Shown here one piece after another: positions 24,437 to 31,439 of a DNA stretch of 31,439 nucleotides. Source of the DNA: a virus (Duplodnaviria > Caudoviricetes); the IMG/VR virus record IMGVR_UViG_3300037515_000678, positions 1 through 31,439 of that record, one strand, 5' to 3'. The notes below the pieces were generated by a model, which was not told where the DNA came from, searched no databases, and saw nothing but the letters and a program-made list of their open reading frames with translations. Each line of letters starts with the position of its first letter. The stretch's first letter is position 1. Position numbers and translations under genes: made by a program.

Positions 24437-24750
24437 AGCACGCTGCCTCTCGGTTCGATGGTGCGGACTGGACGGTGCCGGCTGGCCTCGGCGGAGCCGA
24501 CGTCGTCGAGCACCGCGATGTCGTACTCGATGCCGCAGCCGACGGCCTCGCAGCGAAGGATCCACGCGGCGTCGGCGAGCGGACGCCACTGGCACAGCTC
24601 GGGGCGGGCGCACGGCACGTCCGCCGGGCGGGGCAGGACCGGGTCCTGGTCGGTCCAGTCGGTGACGGGTCCCCACGGCTCCCAGTCCTCGTCGTCGTAC
24701 GGCTCGGCCGGCTCGGCGGACTCCGGGTCGAGCGGTTCGGGGGTGGTCAT
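24433..24750 (-). CDS. Acidic hypothetical protein, 105 aa
   Basis: ATGA coupling; GAGGT RBS; four Cys. Confidence 0.6.
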   Translation of the reverse strand: MTTPEPLDPESAEPAEPYDDEDWEPWGPVTDWTDQDPVLPRPADVPCARPELCQWRPLADAAWILRCEAVGCGIEYDIAVLDDVGSAEASRHRPVRTIEPRGSVL

Positions 24751-24998
24751 GCGGGCACCTCGTCCAGGTCCCAGACTGCGACGACGAACGGTCGGCTCGT
24801 CTCGCCGCAGTCGGGGCATTCGGTCGCCCGGACCCACTCCGGGTCGGTCGCTCTGACCCGTGCGGTGCACTCGACGCAGGACGCGGCCAGGCTGGTCCCG
24901 TCGCCGTTCGGTGGGTGGCCGCAGGGCCGCAGGATCAGCACTTGGTAGGCGGCGTCGGCGTCGTGGTCGAACGGCGCCCAGGCGCACTTGGCGGTCAT
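24747..24998 (-). CDS. Cys-rich hypothetical protein, 83 aa
   Basis: C..H, CGH, CVEC and CPDC motifs; GGAGG RBS. Confidence 0.7.
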   Translation of the reverse strand: MTAKCAWAPFDHDADAAYQVLILRPCGHPPNGDGTSLAASCVECTARVRATDPEWVRATECPDCGETSRPFVVAVWDLDEVPA

Positions 24999-25099
24999 CG
25001 GCGGCCTCCCGGCAGCACGGTGATGGCGAGCCGCTCACGGTCAGCGGCGACGGTGCTGGCGCGGACCGCGGCGGTGAGCTGCCAGTGCGCGCCGGTCAC
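24995..25099 (-). CDS. 34-aa micro-ORF
   Basis: MTGAHWQLTAAVRASTVAADRERLAITVLPGGRR; coupled at both ends. Confidence 0.45.
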   Translation of the reverse strand: MTGAHWQLTAAVRASTVAADRERLAITVLPGGRR

Positions 25100-25782
25100 G
25101 GGGCGTCACCGAGCACGAGTCGCAGCGTGGGCCGCACGCCGACCGGCGGCGGGTCGACCACCCGGCCCGGCGTCCGGGTCCACCCGGGGTGCGCCCACGC
25201 GTACACCGCGTCGGTGTCCAGGTCGGGGAACACCAGGTCCAGGAACCCGCCGCGGTTCGGCGGCGGCTCCGGGCACGACGCCTGGACGGCGGCGGCGCGG
25301 GGGCGGTGCAGGTCGCACACGTCCCGCCACTCCCAGTCGCCGGTCTCGGAGTTCGTCACCCAGCGTGTGCGTCGCCGGCCCCGTTCGTTGCACTTCCCGC
25401 CGCGGGACCCGGGGATCGGGCAGCGACCGCCTTCGTCGGCCTGGTACTGGGGCCGGTCGAGCGCGACGACGTCCCGCATCGGGGTGGCGTCGGTCGCGGC
25501 CGGCCACACCGCCTGGACCACGGGGCCCGCCTTGAGCCGGCCGGGTGGCAGGCGCCGGCCGTCCCTCGGGTCGAGCCGGAGGTCGACAGCGAGAGCGAGC
25601 GCCAGCGCGAACGAGACGATGTGCCCGTACGGCGTGCGGTAGACGTACCGGTCGGCCCGGGCCGGCTGGACCGTGGGGAAGGCGCGGCTGATGTGCGCGA
25701 CCCGCCGGGCGTGCGCGACGACGGCGGCGTGGTCGACGGTCAGCGGGAGGTCGAACTCGCGCACCTCGTGGAGCCGGGTCAC
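25096..25782 (-). CDS. Hypothetical protein (alternative in-frame start at 25899)
   Basis: AGGAGG before GTG 25782; C..C..C..H cluster and PNRGG motif. Confidence 0.65.
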   Translation of the reverse strand: MTRLHEVREFDLPLTVDHAAVVAHARRVAHISRAFPTVQPARADRYVYRTPYGHIVSFALALALAVDLRLDPRDGRRLPPGRLKAGPVVQAVWPAATDATPMRDVVALDRPQYQADEGGRCPIPGSRGGKCNERGRRRTRWVTNSETGDWEWRDVCDLHRPRAAAVQASCPEPPPNRGGFLDLVFPDLDTDAVYAWAHPGWTRTPGRVVDPPPVGVRPTLRLVLGDAP

Positions 25783-25895
25783 CGGCGGCCTCCTGAGACG
25801 GGTCTGGGAGCTTCCGCGGGTCCGCGAACACCGACCGACCCGGGTTCGTGGGCCCACGGCCCGCTGAGCCACCGGGAACGCGGTGCCGGGCGCGA

Positions 25896-26441
25896 TCACC
25901 GGCGGCCTCCGAGAGCGCGTGCGGCGACAGCGACCGGGTCACAGGGCCGTATCCAGACCAGCGATGCCAGCCCGCGGGTGTGCTCCGGCGGCAGCTGCAC
26001 GAGCGGCTGACCGAGCGCGGCGTGGCCGGCGGCGGCGGCCCAGCTGGCGTCCGCTTCGTCGGGCCCGCTGATGCGGTTTCCCAGGTGGTAGCGGGCGGCG
26101 GCGACCACCTCGTCCTTGCTGGCGTTGCCGTTCCCGGTCGCGAGCATCTTCAGGCTGGCCGGCGGGATCACCGCGATCCCGGCCGTCGTCACGGCTTCGA
26201 GGCGCTCCACGACGAGCCACCAGCAGCCCGCCCGCTCGTGGGACTTGCCGAACCGGCTGCCGAACGACGGCCCCTCCAGGACGATCGCGTCCGCACCCCG
26301 GCACGCGGTCTCCACGCCGCGGCGGACCACCCGCAACCTGCGGAGCATCGGCCAGTCCTCGGACGTGCGGATCCGGTGCGAGTCGTGGGACGTGGCCACC
26401 CCGGTGCTCGACAAAGACAAATCCAGGCCAACGCACCTCAC
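25896..26441 (-). CDS. ruvC: RuvC-like Holliday junction resolvase
   Basis: VGLDLSLSSTGVA, IVLEG, PASLK..ATGNGNASKDEV and DEADA catalytic motifs. Confidence 0.9.
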   Translation of the reverse strand: MRCVGLDLSLSSTGVATSHDSHRIRTSEDWPMLRRLRVVRRGVETACRGADAIVLEGPSFGSRFGKSHERAGCWWLVVERLEAVTTAGIAVIPPASLKMLATGNGNASKDEVVAAARYHLGNRISGPDEADASWAAAAGHAALGQPLVQLPPEHTRGLASLVWIRPCDPVAVAARALGGRR

Positions 26442-26635
26442 CGGGCACCCCTCGCCCACCGCTGCAGGACGGCCGCCAGACCGTCGCCGTGCTGGCACGG
26501 GTGCGACCGCTGCCACCGCCAGCGGCGCGCGTCGGCGAGCCCGTCGTACGGCCGCAGCCAGTAGCCGAATCTGACGACGACCAGGTGCCGGAGTCGGGTG
26601 CGCAGCCACAGCCGGCGCCAGCGTGAGGCCGTCAC
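26438..26635 (-). CDS. Basic Trp/Arg-rich hypothetical protein, 65 aa
   Basis: GTGA-coupled at both ends. Confidence 0.5.
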   Translation of the reverse strand: MTASRWRRLWLRTRLRHLVVVRFGYWLRPYDGLADARRWRWQRSHPCQHGDGLAAVLQRWARGAR

Positions 26636-26874
26636 AGCTCGACCCCCCGCGCCCGCTCGGTGGCGTCGGCCAGCTGCTCGGCCTGCTCCCGGCTGCGAAG
26701 CGTTTCGCTCGCCGGTGGGCCGGCGGAGGCGAGCATCAGGGCCCGGAACTCCTCCACGTGAGCGCCGTCATGGCAGGCCGGCAGCCACCACGTCATGGTG
26801 TGCATCTGGTCGTCGGCCGTGCGGACGGCCAGGCTGACGACCGCGTGGCTGCGGCGGGTATCGGGGGTGGTCAC
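26632..26874 (-). CDS. Hypothetical protein, 80 aa
   Basis: GTGA coupling; AGGAG RBS. Confidence 0.6.
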   Translation of the reverse strand: MTTPDTRRSHAVVSLAVRTADDQMHTMTWWLPACHDGAHVEEFRALMLASAGPPASETLRSREQAEQLADATERARGVEL

Positions 26875-27089
26875 AGCAGCGTCTCCTGTCCGGCCGGCAC
26901 GCAGGAGTGCTCGGCGTGGCCCCAGCCGTCGCGCCCGGCCGGGTCGGCGGGCACAGCGGTCCGCCCGTCGGGCTGCGGCTGCCACCGGCCGCCGGGGACG
27001 GCCTCGGCGTCGAGGACGATCCGCGCCCCGCCGGGGCGGGCCAGCTGGTAGACCCAGGCGCCACAATGGTGGTACGCGACGGCGGGCAT
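26871..27089 (-). CDS. Small Zn-binding protein, 72 aa
   Basis: HHCGA..LDAE..GRW..H..HSC; TGATG coupling; GGAGG RBS. Confidence 0.65.
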   Translation of the reverse strand: MPAVAYHHCGAWVYQLARPGGARIVLDAEAVPGGRWQPQPDGRTAVPADPAGRDGWGHAEHSCVPAGQETLL

Positions 27090-27760
27090 CAGCCGGCCTC
27101 CGTCCGCTCGGTGGGGGCGCACCGTCCACAGTGGAGCGGCGGTGACTCGGCCGACGCCGGGTCCCAGCCGTCCGGGGCCGGGATGTCGACGGCGCAGCGG
27201 TGGCAGATGGTGACGGGCTTCCCGGCGTCGGCGCGCTGTGCGTCGGTCTTGCCGTCGACCACCCGGTCACCACGGTCGCGCTGGCCCTTGCCCAGCCTCT
27301 TGGACGTCTCGCCAGCGGACCGGCCGGTGGGCTGGCCGCGGCGGCGGACGTAGCCGGTGGGTGCCGCTTCGGCCCAGGCCTGCGCGGCGGTGAGAGCTTC
27401 CCGGCCGGACCGAGGCGCCGGGCCGTCGAGGGCCGGTACGGGGGTGTCGCGGTCGGCAGCGAGGCGGTCGCCGGGTCCGCGTTCGGCGGCGGCGAGCGCT
27501 TCGGCGACGGGTCGGTAGCCGGGGTGCCGTTCGGGTTCGACGCCGATCTGCTCGACAAGCTGGGTGATGTGGGCGGGCATCAGCGTGTCGGTGGAGGTGC
27601 GGTAGTGCCGTTCGACGGCGGCGAGGACCCGCTGCGGGTCGAGGCCGTCGAGGACACGGGCCCAGGTGCGGATGACGAACGGGTCGGGCTCGCGGACTTT
27701 CGGGTCGATCCCTGATGCGGCGGCGAGGACGGCGCGGGCGAGCTGTTCGGCGGGGGTCAC
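27089..27760 (-). CDS. Helicase loader/inhibitor-like protein
   Basis: N-terminal TWARVL..VLAAVERHY..LMPAHI pattern; directly after the replication initiator; C-terminal CxxC pairs. Confidence 0.6.
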   Translation of the reverse strand: MTPAEQLARAVLAAASGIDPKVREPDPFVIRTWARVLDGLDPQRVLAAVERHYRTSTDTLMPAHITQLVEQIGVEPERHPGYRPVAEALAAAERGPGDRLAADRDTPVPALDGPAPRSGREALTAAQAWAEAAPTGYVRRRGQPTGRSAGETSKRLGKGQRDRGDRVVDGKTDAQRADAGKPVTICHRCAVDIPAPDGWDPASAESPPLHCGRCAPTERTEAG

Positions 27761-28713
27761 GACGCGCCTCCGGTGATCGCTCGCAGGTGTGGTTGGTCGT
27801 CGTCGAGGCCGACGGTGAGCCAGGCCTGGGCTTTCTCGGTGGCGGTGCGGCGTCTGCCGGGTTGCTGGCCGGCGGGTTGCGGGTCGCCTGCGTGGATGGC
27901 GATGCGGAGTGCGTCGGGCGTGCAGGTGCGCTGCTCGGCGATGAGCCGGCCGACTCCCCGGCGGACGGCGTCGGGGGGGTGCGTTTCCAGCGCTCTGGCG
28001 ATCACGACCAGGGCTTTGCCGTGGTTGGACAGCGGGACTCCGGCGGCGTAGAGCGCGGTGAGCTCACCGGCTGGTGAGTGATCGTGCTCCCGCGCGTCAA
28101 CAGACGCGACGAGCGGGTTCAGGTTGAGTTCCTGGTGAGGTGTAGTGCCGTTACGTGCCGTGCCGTCGGCTGTGCGCGCGTCTGCGCGCGGACCCACGTA
28201 CGCGTCTACGCGAGGCGGAATCCCGTCGGACTCCGGTTGGATTCCGGTTGGCGTCCGCTCGGATTCCGGTTCGTGTCCGGGTGGATTCCGGCCGGCGTCC
28301 GGGTGGACACGGGGCGGACGCGGGGGGGGTGTCGGGTCGTCCTCCTCGGACTTGGACCGTGCGGCCTTCTTCCGGTCGCGGTCCTTCGCGCGCTCCCGGC
28401 CGAGGTCCTCGCTGCTCTTGTTCCACTTCAGCCACGCGCGGACCTGCACGCCACCCGCGACCCGCTCCAGCGGCCCGAGGTCGAGGAGTTCCTCCAGCAG
28501 CGCCTTGACCTTCTTCTCGCTGCCGAGCTTCCGGCCGGCGACGGTGAGGACCTGGCGGTCGGTGAGGTAGCCGTCGGACGGTGAGCGGCCAGCGAGCGCG
28601 AGGCAGCGGACGAACAGCAGCTCCGCGAGGGGGGTCGCTTCGACGAGGGCAGGGTCTTCGTCATAGCGGACGTGCAGGGGCACGTATTCGCCGTTGCGCC
28701 GTGAGGGCACCAC
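27757..28713 (-). CDS. Phage replication initiator-like protein
   Basis: N-terminal YDEDPAL..AELLFVRCLA..SDGYL..WLKWN..RDRKK pattern; low-complexity linker holding the repeats; GGAGG RBS. Confidence 0.75.
   Translation of the reverse strand: MVPSRRNGEYVPLHVRYDEDPALVEATPLAELLFVRCLALAGRSPSDGYLTDRQVLTVAGRKLGSEKKVKALLEELLDLGPLERVAGGVQVRAWLKWNKSSEDLGRERAKDRDRKKAARSKSEEDDPTPPPRPPRVHPDAGRNPPGHEPESERTPTGIQPESDGIPPRVDAYVGPRADARTADGTARNGTTPHQELNLNPLVASVDAREHDHSPAGELTALYAAGVPLSNHGKALVVIARALETHPPDAVRRGVGRLIAEQRTCTPDALRIAIHAGDPQPAGQQPGRRRTATEKAQAWLTVGLDDDQPHLRAITGGAS
28216..28325. repeat. Ten tandem degenerate 11-bp repeats (YGGATTCCGGK), putative origin iterons
   Basis: cggaatcccgt/cggactccggt/tggattccggt/tggcgtccgct/cggattccggt/tcgtgtccggg/tggattccggc/cggcgtccggg/tggacacgggg/cggacgcgggg. 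Confidence 0.75.
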
Positions 28714-28821
28714 GTCAGACCTCCGTCACTTGAGGACGCAAGGCCGGTACGCTGGGCCTTGTTTGAGTCGATGCGGGCCAGGTCTCCTGGCATGGAAATG
28801 CCTGGCCCGCTTCACATTCTT
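28714..28821 (-). promoter_or_regulatory. Structured leader of the replication gene
   Basis: AAGAAT; perfect 10-bp stem GCGGGCCAGG/CCTGGCCCGC (28810-28773); 7-bp stem CAAGGCC/GGCCTTG; GGAGG. Confidence 0.5.
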
Positions 28822-28905
28822 TCACGGCGAACCCCCCACTATCCACTTCGGACCGCCTTGTCCTGTAGGTGTTTCGGTCGTTCGGGACGGTGTCGCACGG
28901 GTCGG

Positions 28906-29457
28906 TCATGCCTCGCCTCCGAGGAGGAGTTGTTGCGGGGTCGGCGCCGGGCCGGCAACCGACCACACGGCGAGGCAGCAGCCAAACGGTGGCCGCTCGT
29001 TCGGCTGTATCCGGCGTTGCCCGGTGGCGAGGAAGCGCAGTCGGCCCGGGAGGAACTCAACCGTCAGCGGCGAGCCGGGGCGGTCGCGGTAGGGCTCGAT
29101 AAGTTGCTGCCACCAGTTCTGCTCGGCACGGTTGGCCGGCAGTAGCAGGACGATCCCGCGGGCGGTGGCGTGCTCGGCCCATGCCTTGGCGGCCCACGGC
29201 CGGAGCCGCGAGTACGGCGGATTGCACCAGACGGTCTCGCCGGCCCAGGACTGGGCGAGACCGTCGTCCGCGGCCGTGAAGTACTTCGGGCACCGGGCGT
29301 TCTGCGGCGTGGCCGCAGCGTCGAGGGTGAACCTGAACCGGGTGGCCAGCGGGGCGAAGTCCTCCAGCGTGATGGCGCGGTCGTCGATGTCGCGGTCAGC
29401 GCCGCTGGCGTCGACCTGCTGCGGATGGTTCCGGGCTCGGAACCCGACGAGGCTCAT
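28906..29457 (-). CDS. Phage DNA N6-adenine methyltransferase (Dam-like)
   Basis: FTLDAAA..NA, DDGLAQSW, VWCNPPYS, LLLPA and FLPGRLRF motifs. Confidence 0.9.
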   Translation of the reverse strand: MSLVGFRARNHPQQVDASGADRDIDDRAITLEDFAPLATRFRFTLDAAATPQNARCPKYFTAADDGLAQSWAGETVWCNPPYSRLRPWAAKAWAEHATARGIVLLLPANRAEQNWWQQLIEPYRDRPGSPLTVEFLPGRLRFLATGQRRIQPNERPPFGCCLAVWSVAGPAPTPQQLLLGGEA

Positions 29458-29729
29458 GCCTCGCCTCCGAGCGGTAGCTGTGTGGGTCGCCCGCCCCGCG
29501 GGGCGGCCTTGCGGGCCGGTACGCAGGTCGGCGCGTGGGGGTCGTACCGGCGGGTGGCCGAGCTGGACACGGCGGCGCCGGGGAGGATGGTGAGGTCGCC
29601 GAGGACGACGACCCTGTAGCGGCCGTCGGCCGCGGGCCAGGGTTCGAGCGGGACCCAGCCGCCGTTGGGGGCGCGGGCGAGCACGACGGCGGCGCCGCAC
29701 TGGGGGCAGATCTTCTGGCGGGGGGTCAC
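29454..29729 (-). CDS. Small Zn-binding protein, 91 aa
   Basis: CPQCGA..VPLEP..GRY..HAPTC; coupled at both ends. Confidence 0.7.
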   Translation of the reverse strand: MTPRQKICPQCGAAVVLARAPNGGWVPLEPWPAADGRYRVVVLGDLTILPGAAVSSSATRRYDPHAPTCVPARKAAPRGGRPTQLPLGGEA

Positions 29730-29818
29730 GACGCCCACCACGCCCGGGCGTAGCGGATCCAGTCGGTCAGCCGGGCCCGCTTCCCGCAGAATCCACAGGC
29801 GGTCGGTGGACTGGTCAT
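29726..29818 (-). CDS. 30-aa micro-ORF with CxxC
   Basis: MTSPPTACGFCGKRARLTDWIRYARAWWAS; ATGA and GTGA overlaps. Confidence 0.5.
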   Translation of the reverse strand: MTSPPTACGFCGKRARLTDWIRYARAWWAS

Positions 29819-31439
29819 GACGCGGCCGCCATCCGCGCGCCGAGGAGCTCACCGAGGACGGCGGCGGCGAGGGCGGGCGGTACGGCGTCGCCGACCTGGC
29901 CGTACTGCTGGGTGCGGTTGCCCTGCCAGGGGTAGTCCGGCGGGAACGACTGGAGCACCCCGGCTTGCCACGCCTCGATGCGGAGGGCGTCGGTGCCGGC
30001 TCGGTCGCCGTACCGGCCGGATGCCTGCTCGGCGGGGGTGCTGGCCTTGTGGCCGGGTGGCCAGATCCGGGCGTCGCCCTGGACGGTGGTGGCCGGCCGG
30101 GTCAGCGCCCAGCTGGCGAGTGTCGGTGCCGGCTCGTCCGGGGTGCGGCCGAGGGTGCGGTCCTCCGGCATCGATGAGTTCGGCCGGAGCACCCACCCGC
30201 CGTTGAGGCGCCGCCCGAAGTACACCGTCGGTGCCGGTTGGTCCGCTGTGCGTTCGGCGGCGTTCGCCGAGGTGTTGTTCCGCAGGACCCATCCCGACGC
30301 GCCGCTGCCGGAGGTGGCCAGCACGGTCGGGGCGGGGTTGGTGGACGGGTCGATCCGCTGCCTGCCGTCCGGCGTCGCATGGCCGGTTCCGCGACCGGTC
30401 TCCAGGAGCGCGCGCGCCTCCTGCGGGGTGACGCGGTGGGCGCCGGCCGCGGCTGCGGTCCACTTCGCGGCCTTGCTGTCGACGGTCGGTGCTGGCGCGT
30501 CGACCGGCCGCTCGTAGGGCACCATGTCGGCCGTCTCGCGGCTGTCCCGCATCGTGTTGGTGCTGGTGCGCACGGTCCAGCCGGTGTCGTAGGAGCGGTC
30601 GCCCTCGCCATAGAGCCAGCGAGGGCTCCGCTGGCCGCAGATGGTGCGCCCGGGCCGGTCGCTGACCAGCGCAGCCCACCGCTCGTCGTACGCGCCAAGC
30701 GCCTCGGCCATGGACACCCATCGCTCGCGGCCCGGGCCGAGGAGGGTCGGCTCCTCGGTGGCCCTCGCGTGCGTCGCCGCCGGAAGCCGGGCGGCCTGCC
30801 CGTCGCGGCGGGCGACGAGGATCGCCCGCTCCCGGGTCTGCGGGACGCCGTAGTCGGCGGCGTTGAGCTTCCCCACCGCGACGGAGTAGCCGAGCGTCCG
30901 GAGGTGGTGCGCGTACACCTTCCACAGCGGCAGGACCGGGACGACCTGCTCCAGTGCGACCGCGCGGGGGTTGAGCGCGTGGATCAGCCGGGCGGGCTGG
31001 ACGACCTGCAGCGCCTGCTGCACCTGCTCAGCCGCCCACCGGTGCCGCCGGTCCCGCGGCCAGCGGGACCGCGGGTTCGAGGGGTCCAGCAGGTCCCGGG
31101 CCATGATGCGGTGGCAGCGGCGACGGCTCCGGGCGACCCATGGCCGGCCGGCCAGTGCGCCGGCGATCGCGTCCGCGAGGACGGCGAGGAGCCGACGGCC
31201 GATCCCGGAGCCGGCGAGGGAGAACGTCGGGCACGGCGGGGAGCCGACGAGGAGGTCCACCGGGCCGGCCAGGGTTTCCGGCCGCCAGCGGGACACGTCG
31301 ACCTGCGACCGTAGGTGCCCCGCGGCGGAGGCGGTCGCGCACGCGGCCTCGTTCCATTCCAGCCCGAGGACGTTCGTCCGGCCGAGCCAGCGGAGCCCCT
31401 CGTCCCAGCCGCCCGCGCCCGCGTAGGCGTCGAGCGTGA
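29815..31439 (-). CDS. DNA cytosine-C5 methyltransferase (5' end outside the window)
   Basis: Frame open to the edge: motif I DAYAGAGG, II GLEWN, IV GSPPCPTFS, VI LEQV, VIII GVPQTRER, IX LQSFP, X QVGDAVPP. Confidence 0.93.
   Translation of the reverse strand, partial: TLDAYAGAGGWDEGLRWLGRTNVLGLEWNEAACATASAAGHLRSQVDVSRWRPETLAGPVDLLVGSPPCPTFSLAGSGIGRRLLAVLADAIAGALAGRPWVARSRRRCHRIMARDLLDPSNPRSRWPRDRRHRWAAEQVQQALQVVQPARLIHALNPRAVALEQVVPVLPLWKVYAHHLRTLGYSVAVGKLNAADYGVPQTRERAILVARRDGQAARLPAATHARATEEPTLLGPGRERWVSMAEALGAYDERWAALVSDRPGRTICGQRSPRWLYGEGDRSYDTGWTVRTSTNTMRDSRETADMVPYERPVDAPAPTVDSKAAKWTAAAAGAHRVTPQEARALLETGRGTGHATPDGRQRIDPSTNPAPTVLATSGSGASGWVLRNNTSANAAERTADQPAPTVYFGRRLNGGWVLRPNSSMPEDRTLGRTPDEPAPTLASWALTRPATTVQGDARIWPPGHKASTPAEQASGRYGDRAGTDALRIEAWQAGVLQSFPPDYPWQGNRTQQYGQVGDAVPPALAAAVLGELLGARMAAAS

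Noticed and set aside
28216-28325. CRISPR array
   Set aside because: Contiguous degenerate 11-mers with no spacers and no cas genes
28715-28909. 64-aa ORF between the Dam and rep genes
   Set aside because: Atypical codon use and overlap with strong hairpins suggest a regulatory leader; the ATGA coupling means translation cannot be excluded

Overview
A 31.4-kb segment of a high-GC, actinobacterial-type siphophage or prophage. Essentially all real genes are on the minus strand and are chained by ATGA/GTGA/TGATG stop-start overlaps. In transcription order (right to left) it holds: a C5-cytosine methyltransferase (5' truncated), an N6-adenine methyltransferase, a replication initiator with internal 11-bp repeats, a helicase-loader-like gene, a RuvC resolvase, many small ORFs, a Zn/HTH putative late regulator, an initiator-type tRNA-Met, a secreted protein, TerS, an Endo VII nuclease, TerL, a portal fused to a head-morphogenesis-like domain, a ClpP prohead protease, an HK97-type capsid, head accessory proteins, a beta-helix depolymerase, neck proteins, a DUF4082/PKD-fused tail terminator, tail tube genes with a second Endo VII, tail chaperones with a -1 frameshift, a tape measure protein, an HNH nuclease and minor tail genes. 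No integrase or lysis genes are visible. The main leads are: (1) virion genes that appear to start at ATC or ACG, alongside a tRNA-fMet with an altered anticodon stem; (2) nucleases carrying modular Zn-finger arrays, a shared structured leader and recoded neighbouring DNA; (3) AT-rich recoded patches at conserved motifs; (4) a methyltransferase with tandem TRD-like repeats. Product calls come from motif recognition and synteny only; no searches were run.
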